A stretch of DNA of 64,000 nucleotides from Callorhinchus milii (Eukaryota): positions 17,174,001-17,238,000 of the forward strand of contig NW_024704756.1 in the NCBI RefSeq assembly GCF_018977255.1, given 5' to 3'. This document shows, one piece after another, positions 1 to 14,700 of this stretch; the first letter of the stretch is position 1, and each line of letters begins with the position of its first letter. The position numbers and the translations under genes were made by a program. The notes under the pieces are model-generated. The model saw only the letters and a program-made list of their open reading frames with translations, ran no database searches and was not told the origin of the DNA.

Positions 1-206
1 AATGCCCCAAACCCGAATCCCAGCATCAGCCCCCTCCGCACTGCACACCCCCACCTTGTCCCAACCCCCACCATCACCCCTCCCCGCCCTCCATCACCTC
101 CCTCCGCACTGCATACCCCCACCTTGTCCCAACCCCCACCCCCTCCATCAGCCCCCTCCGCACTGCACCCCCAAATCCAGCCATTCCCCCCCCCCTCCCT
201 ACGTAC

Positions 207-3200
207 TTGACCAGGTGCTGGATGATGAGGATGAGGATGTCACGGCTGGTGTCGGGCAGTTTGTAGACCAGACTGTGAATGGCTCCCAGACGGTAATCAA
301 TATTGTCCGATTCTGCCACCACAGTCAGCGTCAGTGTGAGGGCGAACGATCAACACACCCCCATCCCCGTCCACTCCACCCCCCTCACTGGCCATTGTCC
401 CCAGCCCTCCGTCCTCTCCCCTCCTCCCTGCCCTCAAAATATGCTGCCCCCCCCCCACCCTCTGCCATCCCCAACCCCCAACCATCCTCACCCCCACCCT
501 CTCTGCCCGCAGACACACTGCTCCCTCCCCTCCCCGGCAGCCAGTGCTCCCCACCCACCCATCCACCCCCAGCGGCTTTCAGGCGTGGTGAGGAGTGACC
601 ACCCGGGGTGGGGGGGTGGGAGTAAGGCATTGCAGGACAACACTTACTGGAGGCGGTGATGAGCTCTCTGTGTAGTTTGTATGTCATCACCGGCTCCTCC
701 AGGTTCCTGTGTTGGGAGAGACGGGATTTCACTGTGGCTCTGAACTCACATAGTAACTAACAATCAATACTGTTCACAACTCACTAACAGTAATCATTCT
801 CACACTTGATACGGCAACGTATCACAGTCGTATCACAGCTTCGCGGGATTTTACTGTGAAGTGTAGTGATTGTGTGTTCTGTGGGCAAACTCAGTAGCCA
901 ATTTGTGCACAGCGACGTCCCCGCAAACAGCCGTGAAGTGACCGGTTTTATCTGAGGGATTGTCGGCCAGGGCATTGGGAGAGAGAGAGAGAAACTCCCT
1001 TCTCGTTTCCACTAGCTCCGCAAGATCTTTAATACCCACCTGAACATGGCACAGTTAAAAGTGAGGGAAGGAGGTAGGGAGGGAGGCAGAGAGGCAGGGA
1101 GAGAGGGAGAGAGCGGGGGAGAGAGGGAGAGAGCGGGGGAGAGAGGGAGAGAGCGGGGGAGGGAGGCAGAGAGCGAGGGAGGACGGCAGAGGGAGGGAGG
1201 GAGGAGGGAAGCGAGGGAGGGAGCTGGGTACCTGAGATAGTGTTTCAGGCCGCTGGTCACAGTCTTTATGTCCCACTCGTTGCTCTGGAGATCCACATCA
1301 CCGGGATGGTTCGAGTCTGAGAGACAGAGATCCAGATTCACCGCACAGAGCAGCCAGCAGTGGGGGGGGGGTGGGGGCAATGCACAAGTACAAGAATATT
1401 TCTTACCGAAAAACTGAGATAACAGCTTCTGGACTTGGAAGTTGCTGCCGACTGTTCTATAAATACCTTCAGTTGTGATCCCTGTAAAACACACACACAG
1501 TAACACAGACACACACAGAGTAACATACAGGCACACATACACACACAGTAACAAGCAGACACAGGCTGATGAACACTCCCAGGTCAGGGTTTGAGACACA
1601 GTAAAGTTCCCTCTACACTGTGTGTCCACACTCCCAGGTCAGGGTTAGAGACACAGTAAAGCTCCTCTACACTGTGTGTCCACACTCCCCGGTCAGGGTT
1701 AGAGACAGTAAAGCTCCTCTACACTGTGTGTCCACACTCCCAGGTCAGGGTTAGAGACAGTAAAGCTCCTCTACACTGTGCGTCCACACTCCCAGGTCAG
1801 GGTTAGAGACACAGTAAAGCTCCTCTACACTGTGTGTCCACACTCCCAGGTCAGGGTTAGAGACAGTAAAGCTCCTCTACACTGTGCGTCCACACTCCCA
1901 GGTCAGGGTTAGAGACACAGTAAACTCCCTCTACACTGTGAGTCCACACTCCCAGGTTCCCACCTCTGGTTTCCACAGCGTTGATGCATTTCCTCACAAA
2001 CTTGAAGCCGATCTCGTTGAGTTGTCCTGTGAATGAAAATGAGAAACACGGTGAGGGCCGGTCAGCGAGAGGCAGTTAATAAAGCAGGACAAGCGAGCGG
2101 AGAGCAAACAGAGCACGTACTTTCCTCTGGCTTTGCCGTGGGTGTGGTGTAGATCTGAAATCCAGGAGCAGAGAGAGAGAGAGAGATTAGCAGCTCACTA
2201 AACACTGTTTGCTCCAGAGTCTGCTATTTACTCGCCGCTTCCCTCACCACTGGTGCCAGTGGCCTGAACCATTGCCCAGAACACTCTAGAACCCACCTTC
2301 CGCTCATCTAACCTCATCCCTCTTGAACACCTACCAGTCCGTTCTCCGGCCACACACGCACACCCACCCACACACATACCAAACACACTTACTCCCCAAT
2401 GCTGCCTCCCCACACACACACACACACACACACATAGTTAACAAGCAGTCAACAGAGAACCCAGTTTCTTGGTTATCCAGTCTCTGTGTGTGCAAGACTG
2501 TGTATGTGTGTGTCTGTGTTGCATGTATATCTGTGTGTCTGTGTTGTGTGTATGCCTGTATGTGTTGTGTATATGCCTGTATGCCTGTGTCTATATATGT
2601 CTGTATGCCTGTGTGTTATGTGTGTTGTGTATGTGTCTGTGTGTTGTGTGTGTGGGGGTGGGGGTGGGGGTGGGTCTGGTCAGGTTGCAGTGACACAGAA
2701 AGCACAGCAGAGGGCAGCACAGACCAGGGAATGGCTTGGCTCCTCCCGGCTCCACTCCACACGTTCGTGTGGTTCCAGAGTCGGGGAGAAAATCCCTGTG
2801 TTTCCTGGAATAAAATCCAGGGGAAAGGCCGAGAGCAACCAAACAATCTGTGAACCATCTGCGTAATGTAGGATTTTCTTTGTCAATCTCACCGCCCACA
2901 TTAGGGGCACATTATGCCATCCCTGTGCCAACACCAGACACTGCCGTTTCTTGGCTGGTTTGATGTTTCCCGGTAAAAAAAAGTTTAATGTGTTTTTTTT
3001 TTGAGCAAAACTTCTGTTAATGTCCCGATTCGAGATTGATTCAAATCGAGTTTCCTGGCGTTGAATATTGTACCTATATTCAAACTGGACATTGGGCTTA
3101 ATGTGCATTTTTAATAGATACAATAGATTCAATAGATATCTTTAAGGTCTTTGGTTTAATGTACCTCAGCACTCAAGGAAATAGTAATCCTGGCATTTGT

Positions 3201-4336
3201 TACAGCGCCTAATCAAGTCTGCGAGACATCTCAAAGCGCTTCACAGCACATGCTGGAAAGTGAAGTATATTTGTGGGCGCAACACGGCAGCCAATAAGTG
3301 GGGAAATGGTGGGAAGAGGAGGGGTTACGTGTGGGGCGAAGGTTGCGATGGGCCAGGAGAAGGGGCTTTTCAAGTCGGGGGCGACCCTCAGGGGTGGGGG
3401 GGGGGGTTAATCCAGGTGGGCATCAGTGACCCACCCTGCGAGCAATTGACTGCGGGCATGGGCACGAAGAGAGAGAGAGTGTGCGAGTGTGTGAGCAAGA
3501 GTGAAAAACGCAGAGAGAAAGTGAGAGCGAGTGAGCTGTGGGGAGTGAGGAAGAAGGGTCTGGGGAGAGAGTCTGTTTGGGGAGAGAGAGCGAGTGTGTT
3601 TGGGGAGATAGTGTGTGTTTGGGGAGAGAGTGTGTGTTAGGGGAGAGAGTGTGTGTTTGGGGAGAGAGTGTGTGTTTGGGGAGAGAGTGTGTGTTTGGGG
3701 AGAGAGAGAGAGAGAGAGAGAGTGTTTGGGGAGAGAGTGTGTGTTAGGGGAGAGAGAGAGAGAGAGAGAGAGAGAGTGTTTGGGGAGAGAGAGTGTAGGG
3801 AAACGGGGAGAAAGAGAGAGTCTCACCGGCTCTTTACCGTCCATCGCCTCAATCCACAGCCTCCGATTGGCTTCGGACAGAGCCTGGAGTGTGACCGGCC
3901 CCTGTCTGGAGAACAGAGCCTCGGTCAGTCACTGAACAGTGGGGAGATAGGGTGCAGTGTGACCCCCGACCCACTCCCCACGGGGTATTCCCCCTCATTA
4001 GTACCCAGAGGATTTCCCCCCAGCCCCTCGCGCCTGTACCTCTCCATCGTCTCGACATCAAAGCAGAACCGTTTGTCGATTGAGTCGGATTTCCTCCGGA
4101 CGCACAATTTCAGTTTAAATTCCTGGGAACGAGAGAGAGAGGGATTCATGATTCTGCTCCAGGAAGTGCACATCCGTCTGTCAGTCTGTCACCTCTGTGC
4201 CCGGTCTGTGCTCCCTCACCTGTTTGCTTCCTGGTTTCTGGTCGCAGGAGATCATAGTCAGAGATTTGGTCTCTTTCACGTACGTACAGTAGTACTTCAC
4301 CCAGGAGAAGCCCAGAGCTCCTGAGGGTCAGAGAGA

Positions 4337-4381
<45 letters not shown>

Positions 4382-5763
4382 AGAGACAGAGAGAGTATAA
4401 CTCCAAATCCACATCTGGATCTCAAACAGCCACTTATAATCCTAATATTTCCTCCCCTTCCTCAAGAGTTAGCAAGAGCAAGAGAGCGAGTGAGAGAGAG
4501 CGAGTGAGAATGAGCGAGAGGAGTGTGTGAGTGAGCGAGCGAGAGGATTGTGTGCTTACGTTTCTCCTGGGAGTACAGGTAGCCCTCGATGATGGGTTGG
4601 CCGGGCAGTTTGCAGGACTGAGGAGCCTCCTTCACTCTTCCCATCAGCTCCTCCATCTCCTCCCGTGTGCTCAGGAAGTGATTCCTCGTCTGGAACAAGA
4701 GCCTCAGTCACTGCCCGGCTCACTCCCAGCGCACAGAACATACAGCAGACAGACATTAAACACGCACCGTGACCCCCGCCCAGCCCTCACCCCGCCCAGC
4801 CCCACCCCCACCCCCCACCCCCAGCCCCCACCACCCGACCCCCACCCCAGCCCCCACCCCCGCCCCAACCCCCACCGCCAGCCCCCACCCCAGCCCCCAC
4901 CCCAGCCCACAACCCCCCACCCCAGCACACATCGCTCCCTGCCCCTTCCCCCAACTCACATGCTGGAGGCTCAGCTGGAGCTGCTGTTTATACGGCATAA
5001 AATCCTGAGTGAGTTCAAACGTCAGGTGATGGAAGGTCAGTAACCCGTGGAGAAACGCCAGCACCTAGGGAGAGGAGCTTGTCACACGCCAGTCACACGC
5101 TAACCACATGCCAATAACACGCCAGTCACATACTAATGACATGACAATCACAAGTTAGCCACGACACAGCGAGCGAGCCAGACATATGTGCGTTTTTACA
5201 TGTGTGTGTCGACATACACGTGCGGTGTGGGGTGAGGGGACCTCTGACTCTGCCTTACCGGCTCCACCACGTCAAACTTCTTCCTCTCGTGAACCTCCTG
5301 GATCTTGTAGACATATTCCAGAGATGCTTCATATACATTCTGTCTCTCCCGGTCCAGCTGCTGGTCAGCCTGTGACACATAGTGATCATCACACACAGCC
5401 CTAAACACACACACACACAGCTCTAAACACACACACACAGTGACCCTAAAACACACACACACAGTGACCCTAAACACACACACACACAGTGACCCTAAAA
5501 CACACACACACAGTGACCCTAAACACACACACACACACAGTGACCCTAAACACACACACACACACACAGTGACCCTAAACACACACACACACAGTGACCC
5601 TAAACACACACACACACAGACCCTAAAACACACACACACACCCTAAAACACACACACACAGTGACCCTAAAACACACACACACACACAGACCCTAAACAC
5701 ACACACACACAGTGACCCTAAAACACACACACACACAGCCCAAACACACACACACAGTGACCC

Positions 5764-5796
<33 letters not shown>

Positions 5797-8700
5797 GACC
5801 GTCTAATACACACACACACACAGTGACCCTAAACACACACACACACAGTGACCCTAAACACACACACACAGTGACCCTAAACACACACACACACAGACCC
5901 TAAAACACACACACACACAGCCCTAAACACACCACACACAGCCCTAAACACACACACACACACAGCCCTAAACACACACACACACAGCCCTAAACACACA
6001 CACAGCCCTAAACACACACACAGCCCTAAAACACACAGCACTAAACACACGCACACCGTTACAGGGAGGAGGTGGGGAGGACGTTTTTCACACCTCAAAC
6101 AGTTGAGAATCCTTCTTCTTTGACGAGAGATTTAAATGGCGATCGAGTACAGAGTAAAACTTCTCGCTCTCCTTCTCAAACTTCTTCTTCTTCTCCTGAA
6201 ACAGAAAGAGAGAGAAAGAGAAAACAGTGAGAACAAGTAAAAACAGAAAAAAAGATCACGAGGGTGTCAGTTAATAAGAGAAACTGGGATCAGTTTAGTG
6301 ACCAGTTATATATCACATGTTCCCTGGATGTACCAGGGCCCCTTCCCCCCCCCCCGGGTTACTCGGGAATCTTTTCCTTGTCAAATATTTTCCATTTTAG
6401 AAGCAGCCACAGTCTGAATCCCACATCCTAGTAATCCTGTGTGTGTTAATCCTGTGTGTGTCTACGAGTGTGTCGGTAAGAGTGTGTTTGTGTGTGCGAG
6501 ATTGTGCGTGAGTGTGTGTGCGCGTCTGTGTGTGCGTCTGTGTGTGTGCGTGAGTGTCCGTCTGTGTGTGCGTCTGTGTGTGTGCGTGAGTGTCCGTCTG
6601 TGTGTGCGTGAGTGTGCGTGAGTGTGCGTCTGTGTGTGCGTGAGTGTGCGTGAGTGTGCGTCTGTGTGTGTGTGTGTGCGCGCCCGTGTGTGTGTGCGCG
6701 CGTCCGTGTGTGTGTGCGCGCGTCCGTGTGTGTGTGCGCGCGTCCGTGTGTGTGTGCGCGCGTCCGTGTGTGTGTGCGCGCGTCCGTGTGTGTGCGCGCG
6801 TCCGTGTGTGTTTGTGAGAGTTGAGAGTGTGCGTCTGTTCATATAACAAAATTTATGTTTGGTAAAATGCTATTGAGTTGCTGACTCAGCCTCGAGTCTG
6901 TTATATTCCTCTTCCAAAAAGGCTGAGACTGGGGGCCACGGTGGGGGGCGGGAGGGGCGCAGAGAGCCAGTGAATTGATCGGTTGTCTGGAGGCAGCCCA
7001 CAGTACAGGAGACTCTCAGTGTGTGATCATAGTACANNNNNNNNNNNNNNNNNNNNNNNNNNNNNNNNNNNNNNNNNNNNNNNNNNNNNNNNNNNNNNNN
7101 NNNNNNNNNNNNNNNNNNNNNNNNNNNNNNNNNNNNNNNNNNNNNNNNNNNNNNNNNNNNNNNNNNNNNNNNNNNNNNNNNNNNNNNNNNNNNNNNNNNN
7201 NNNNNNNNNNNNNNNNNNNNNNNNNNNNNNNNNNNNNNNNNNNNNNNNNNNNNNNNNNNNNNNNNNNNNNNNNNNNNNNNNNNNNNNNNNNNNNNNNNNN
7301 NNNNNNNNNNNNNNNNNNNNNNNNNNNNNNNNNNNNNNNNGCCAGGCTGTGATCCTGTGATAGATACAGACATAAGACGAGAGAGAGACAGACGGAGGCC
7401 GTTTCCTATCACACGTCCGTTGTGTCGGGGAACCTTGGGGTGCGGTTGCTGGCGAGCAGCCAGACGTTCATTATAGCCACAGGAAATCCACAGTCAGCCT
7501 CAGGGTGGGGGGAGGAGAGAGCATGCGCTCAGTCAGTCAATGGGGGCACGTGCTGGGAGCCTGTCTGTCACTCTCCCAGACCTCAGCGGCAGCTTGGGGT
7601 TGGGGGGAGGGGAGGGAGAGGACGTCTGTGAGGATGTGAATTGTTCTCCATCTCTCGGTGGGGTGGAGGGGGGGGGCAGACAGAGCAGGGAATAAAGAGC
7701 ATCACACACAAGGAATCCCCCCACTCCCGTGCCTCGGAGCACCTTGTATGGGAGGGAGAAGGGGGGGGGCGGTGATGGTGGGGGGGGTTAGCGGGTGACG
7801 GAGAGGAAAGCCCCCGGAAGCCCAGTACCTTGGCCACCCCGATGTGATCTTTCTTAAATGTCTCCAAAGGCTTGATCAGCAGATTGCTGGAGTTCTGAAT
7901 CTGAAAGAGAAACGATCAGCAAATTTACTTCCAAACACAATCCTGTTTAATGCCGGGGACGGTTGAGGAGCGACATGGAAAATGTGGGTCTACAACAGCC
8001 GCCTCGCACCCCTCCCCCCCCTCCCCCACCACAAACCTCCCCGCCTCCCCCAACACCCCCCCACCCCCACACACACAGAGCTCCCCCGCCCCCCACACAC
8101 ACAAAACTCTTACCATCATCTCCCTCTCACACTCCACCTCTGACAGTAGCCCTGCAAACTCCTTGAAGGATTCGGCTGGAAGAGAGGAAAAGCCCGAGGC
8201 CAGAGCTCGGGGNNNNNNNNNNNNNNNNNNNNNNNNNNNNNNNNNNNNNNNNNNNNNNNNNNNNNNNNNNNNNNNNNNNNNNNNNNNNNNNNNNNNNNNN
8301 NNNNNNNNNNNNNNNNNNNNNNNNNNNNNNNNNNNNNNNNNNNNNNNNGAGGACATTTTATATTCCAGGGACAGACCCATTGGTCACTCTGCTGCTCCAC
8401 AGCCGTCACCCCATGTCATGCACACACACACTCGTTCGTGCATGAACACACACACACGCGCTTACATGCAGACACTCTCACATGTGCACACGCTGTCAAA
8501 TGCTCACACACACACCCTCTCACATGCACATACACACATGCTTACACACACGCGCACACAGGGAGGCTGTCGTGCTCGGGGTCTGTTGTCCACTCCTCAC
8601 TACAGCGGGAGCCGAGGGAAGATTGAGGAACTGGTGACTCATAATCAAACTCTCAGGTCCCAGAGCTCCTGCTTCCTACTTCCTCATCGTCCGAGCCTTG

Positions 8701-11700
8701 AGCCCTGAGCTAAACCAGCAATGTCAGCAACTCGCCCAGTCACACACGTACACACACACACAGCCCGGGGCCCAGTCACACACGTACACACACACACAGC
8801 CCGGGGCCCAGTCACACACATACACACACACAGCCCGGGGCCCAGTCACACACATACACACACACAGCCCGGGGCCCAGTCACACACATACACACACACA
8901 GCCCGGGGCCCAGTCACACAGGTACACACACACAGCCCGGGGCCCAGTCACACACATACACACACACAGCCCGGGGCCCAGTCACACACATACACACACA
9001 CAGGGGCCCAGTCACACATACACACACACAGCCCGGGGCCCAGTCACACAGGTACACACACACAGCCCGGAGCCCAGTCACACACGTACACACACACAGC
9101 CCGGGGCCCAGTCACACAGGTACACACACACAGCCCGGGGCCCAGTCACACACATACACACACACAGCCCGGGGCCCAGTCACACATGTACACACACACA
9201 GCCCGGGGCCCAGTCACACAGGTACACACACACAGCCCGGGCCCAGTCACACACGTACACACACACAGCCCGGGGCCCAGTCACACAGGTACACACACAC
9301 AGCCCGGGGCCCAGTCACACACATACACACACACAGCCCGGTGCCCAGTCACACAGGTACACACACACAGCCCGGGGCCCAGTCACACATGTACACACAC
9401 ACAGCCCGGGGCCCAGTCACACACGTACACACACACAGCCCGGGGCCCAGTCACACATGTACACACACACAGCCCGGGGCCCAGTCACACATGTACACAC
9501 ACACAGCCCGGGGCCCAGTCACACAGGTACACACACACAGCCCGGGGGCCAGTCACACAGGTACACATACACAGCCCGGGGGCCAGTCACACAGGTACAC
9601 ATACACAGCCCGGGGGCCAGTCACACACGCAGCCCGGGGGCCAGTCACACACATACACACACACAGCCCGGGGGCCAGTCACACACATACACACACACAG
9701 CCCGGTGCCCAGTCACACACACACAGCCCGGGGCCCAGTCACACATGTACACACACAGCCCGGGGGCCAGTCACACACAGACTGGTAGTAACTGTGGAAG
9801 CTCGGAGAGAGGCAATGTGATGGGGAAGTGCTGACTGCTCTCCAGGCCGGTTGCTTACCGATGTTTATCTCATCGTCAGTCAGAGTGTCTCCAATGAACT
9901 CAAACTGGAAGGCTTGCAGGCTCTGGGACAGCTTGACCACAGCGGCAGAGTACACTGTAACACAGCGGGCGGACACACACATACAGTCAGTCAGGTCATA
10001 TTGCCAAACCTGTTCCCCCAAATCAGCAAACCACCTTAACCCAGCTCCCAGGTCCCCGCAGCAACACACTGCTGGACTCTACAAGGGAAAAACTGGTGTG
10101 AGAAATGGAATGGAATAAGTCATCCGGGCTGACCGGACCTGGGAGTGTGGACGCACAGTGTAGAGGAGCTTTACTGTGTCTCTAACCTGACCTGGGAGTG
10201 TGGACGCACAGTGTAGAGGAGCTTTACTGTGTCTCTAACCCTGACCTGGGAGTGTGGACACACAGTGTAGAGGAGCTTTACTGTGTCTGTAACCCTGACC
10301 TGGGAGTGTGGACAGACACAGTGTAGAGGGAGCTTTACTATATTTCTAACACCTGTGCTGTCACTTTACTGAGTAGAGAAACAAATGTACATTCAGTGTG
10401 TATGTGAGTTGGTGGCAGGCGGCGGTGGTGGCAGAGGGAGATTGAAGCAGGTTGTGACGGGGAGAGAATGGAACATGAGCAGCATAGACAGACGGGCACG
10501 TCAGGGAATGCTGAGCCGTCTTGCGACCTGCCTGAGGAGAAACCAATGGGAGAAATCAGGTAAACGTCTGTGAGCAGGTGTGTGTGTATGTGCTCCAGAC
10601 CCCCTTCCTGTGGCTGCAGGTTCTTGTTGACATTCATATTGTCAGGGGAACGATGCCAAACACAGCGCTGTCTCCCTCCTGTCTGTACCCACCTTTGCCT
10701 CACAAACACAGGAGGCAGGAACGTCACTGAGAGAGGGCAGAGGGGAAGCAGGTTTCACACGGAGGGTTATCAGAGCATCAATGATTTCAGCTACATATTT
10801 AAGAGGAAGTATATGAAAATAAGGTGGAGATTTGCAGGGCTATGGGGTAAGGGGGGTGGGGAGGAGAAGAGTGTGACTAGTTGGTAAAAGTACTGGCACA
10901 GGCACGATGGGCCAAATAGCCTCCTTCTGCGCTGTAAGAGTCTATGAGAACTGGGGAATGGGGTTAGAGTCGAGAGCTCCAGTGAGGGAGTGAGCACCAG
11001 CACTGACACGATGGGGAGAGAACAGGGAAATGGGATTAGAGAATGGGCAAAATGGATCTCCCTCGACAATCCACATTGATCTCTTCTGCTCCAGTAGTTT
11101 CAGGCTTCTGACTCACTTCCAGTTTCTCCAAATGTCACGATGATGTGTAAGATTTTTACTTCACTGTTTAGGAGGAAGTTGTGCCAAAAAGCCTTCCACC
11201 CAACAGCAGCTGTACAGTGTTAAAATCTCACACAGACTCCCAACAGCAGCTCCCCTTACACTGCGCCGCCCACATTCATACAATATAATCCTTGCATCTG
11301 ATCCAGAGCCTTGTCCCATCTTCAACAGGGTCACAAAGCACTTGACAGAATTTACTGTAAAGCGTAGCCACTGTGTGTGTAGGTGAACGCAGCAGTTAAT
11401 TTGCACATAGTGACGTCTGATAAACAGTCATTAAGTGAGCAACCAATGTTATCTGGGGGTTTGTCAGCCAGAACACCGTGAGAGAGAAACTCCCCCCCAG
11501 CACTGCGCTGGATTGCCAGCCTAGATTAGATGCTGCGAAGGCAGGGAGAGAGAGAGGGAGAGGAAGCGATGAGGTGAAGCAGTTTGGAGAGAGTGACAGA
11601 GTGTGGGTGACAGGACACACGGAGTGAGGGAGAGAGGAAAGAGCAACAGGCCAGAGCGAGGGCGGAGGGAATGGGCCAACGAACGGGATCAAAGGAGACT

Positions 11701-14700
11701 GCAGAGGTTGGGAAGGGTGGGTCCGTGAGGTTAGTTGAAGGTTAATGGGAGAGAAATGGTGGAGGTGGGGAAGCCTGGCCTGTGTATTGTCAGCTTTAAT
11801 AGGCGTGTCTCATCAACCGGCTCAACCTGTTACTGATGTCATCTGCCCCGGAGAAGCTCAACACCCAGCAACTCCACATAGCACGCCTGCAACACGCTGC
11901 CACACGCCAACAAGACCCAGCCAACAAGCCAGCCACCAGCCAACATGTCACCACACGCCATGATATGACTGAACTCGCCACCAACAGCTACAACATGGCC
12001 CACTTAAGAGACCATATCAGAGTATACCCTTTCCACCTCCCCTCCCCTACACACACACAGCCCAGGTAATGGGGGGGGCACTATTTTCGGAGGCTGACCC
12101 TTTACCTACAACCCTCGGATTTCATCAAAGGCACAGAAACAGACAGCGAGGAGCTGACAGCCGGACAAGAGCTCAATGTGCCAGCGATCGGGTGGTATAT
12201 GGGCAATGGATGTGAAGCCAACACCATGTGGTTGCGAGACAGTGGTTCGGGGGGGGGAGAGAGAGAGAGGCACAGAGACCCTTGGCAGCCTCCTCAGATG
12301 TAAAGCTTGCAACACATGGCAATGCTCTCCAGGTGTCTGGAGGCACTTTATCCAGATGAATTGTTTTAATGTATTTAGTTTCACTGTCAGAGCAGAGAGA
12401 GAGACTTCCTCCACGTCACCAACCAAACAGCCCTTCCTTCTCCACGGTAACATCCTCCACAAATGCACAGTCACTACACTGGACAGTACATTCTGCTTCA
12501 CCTCATTGTCCTCAGTGAAAGGCGCAATTTCAAATGCAAGGATTATTATTATTATATGCAGGTGCATTGCCAACCTCCACGTCTGCTGAATGTTACATGG
12601 TCTTAACCCAACGCTCTCGCTCCACTGTCCATCCACAGTAAAGCTCCCTCGAGTTTCTCTTTCTGACAAGTACAATTCAGAGGCCAGTCCGTCCGAGTCT
12701 CCAGCTGTTTTCAATCTGTGCTCCTCACACAACACTGTGTGGGCTCCACACCAAACAGCTCACACATGCTCACTCTACTCTCAGCCATTTACATTACCAA
12801 CCCTCCATAGAGCGAGGATTAGTTTAACATTGTTGTTCTGCGGGAGGGGGGTGGGAAATGCTGGTCTCCAACAGGACCCCCCGGAACCTGAAATTCCACG
12901 TGGCCTCGGCCCGTGGGACTGTGGAAATGATCTCCAAAATCCACAATTAATCCATAATCCGGTTTCTTTCTAAGAAACTGTGGGAAATAAATGGCTTCAG
13001 TGAATTTGAGAATCCTTACATTTGGTTCAGCACTTTTCATGTCAGGATACACTGTGAAGTGTAGTGACTGTGTGCTAGTGGTTGACCACGGCAACCAATT
13101 TGCGCACAGCAACTTCCTTGTAAACAACCACAGAGTTTTATTTTATTTGAGGGATTGTCGGCCAGGACACCAGGAGAGAGAAACTCCCTTCTCTTTGCCG
13201 CGGGTTCTTCAGCAGGGCACAGATGGGGAGCTCAGGTTAACGCCTCATCCAAAGGATGGTGCCTCCAGCAATAAGGTGCTCCCCCCAGTCCAGACTATGT
13301 GATTTTAAGACCCAACGTGGGGACTTGAATCCACAACCTTCTGACTCAGAACTGGAAGTGCGAGCACTGAGCCAGGCTGACACACAATTTAGCAGCAAGT
13401 AAATTTTAAAAACAACACACAAGCTGAGTCAGTGCAGGGGTTGGGCACTTTGGAGCTTATGAAAGTGAAACAAATATTAAAATCGAGAGAGAGAGGGAAC
13501 CAGTTATTCATATCGCGATCCTGGCTTTCGGCCAGAAGGCATTAAAGCAGCTTCGCTATTTCACACCCTGAGGAAGGGGGGAAATGGGGGGGGGGTCAAA
13601 ACCGCACCAATGCTCAGTGTGAATGTGCGTGCATGTGTATGTGAGAGTGTGTGTATGTATGTGAGAGATAGTGTGTGTGTATGTAGTGAGAGATAGTGTG
13701 TGTGTATGTATGTATGTGAGAGAGTGTGTGTGAGTGAGAGACAGGGTAGCAAAAGATCATTAATACTGCAGTAATTAAATGAGGAGAGAGGATTTACGCT
13801 GCAATCAGCTCATCAAATAAACTGTGTTGAGTGGATAAAGGTCTTCTGCATTTGTCAGGCTCCTGTGCTGCGTTAGTGGGTTTGAGACTCACATCACAAA
13901 CCCCTTTACTCAGCACGATATCCGCATTCTCACTGTGAAAGCCACAGGACAGCTGGTGTGAGACATGCAAATTGTCACTCTGATCCACAAGGGCTCACTC
14001 ATCTGAGACAGCTTCACTCTCGTCTCTAAACCGGGCTTGTGGAGGGGCAGTGTAGAGGACAGTGTAGAGGGGGCTTTACTGTGTCTCTAACCCTGACCTG
14101 GGTGTGTGGGGGGACAGTGTAGAGGGGGCTTTACTGTGTCTCTAACCCTGACCTGGGTGTGTGGGGGGACAGTGTAGAGGGGGCTTTACTGTGTCTCTAA
14201 CCCTGACCTGGGTGTGTGGAGGGACAGTATGGAGGGAGCATCACTCTGTCTTCTAACCTGGGCTGAGGCTGATCGTGTAGTTGTGTCATATCAGCCTCAG
14301 CTGATCTCAGAATCTCAGAGCTTGTGGTTTGACGGCTGTGGTTGGGTTATACTCTCTCTGCAGTGTTAGTGGAAAGTTACCACACAGCGTAATTGATGTT
14401 ATAACTGTTTACCACCGGCCAGACACACTCCACTGACATTTTACATCCCGTCACACTGTGGAGCGCTTCTCTCCCTCCCTCACTCACTCTCACTCCCTCC
14501 CTCGCTCTCTCACTCATTCTCCCTCACTCTCTCACTTTCTCCCCCTCCCTATCAGCAGACTGGCTGATAATACAGGTTATATTATTGCTCTTATTAATGG
14601 AGGCTGGAGTGTTGGCTGTGGTTAGATATACACTGTACTGTGGGAGGGGCCTGGTTCCCTGGGTCTCAAACCCCATCATCAGCTTTGTTTATTCTCGACC

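Noticed and set aside
8698-9834. Long His/Thr-rich ORFs (378, 355 aa)
   Set aside because: Translations of the 32-bp minisatellite; open in all frames and antisense within an OPHN1 intron.
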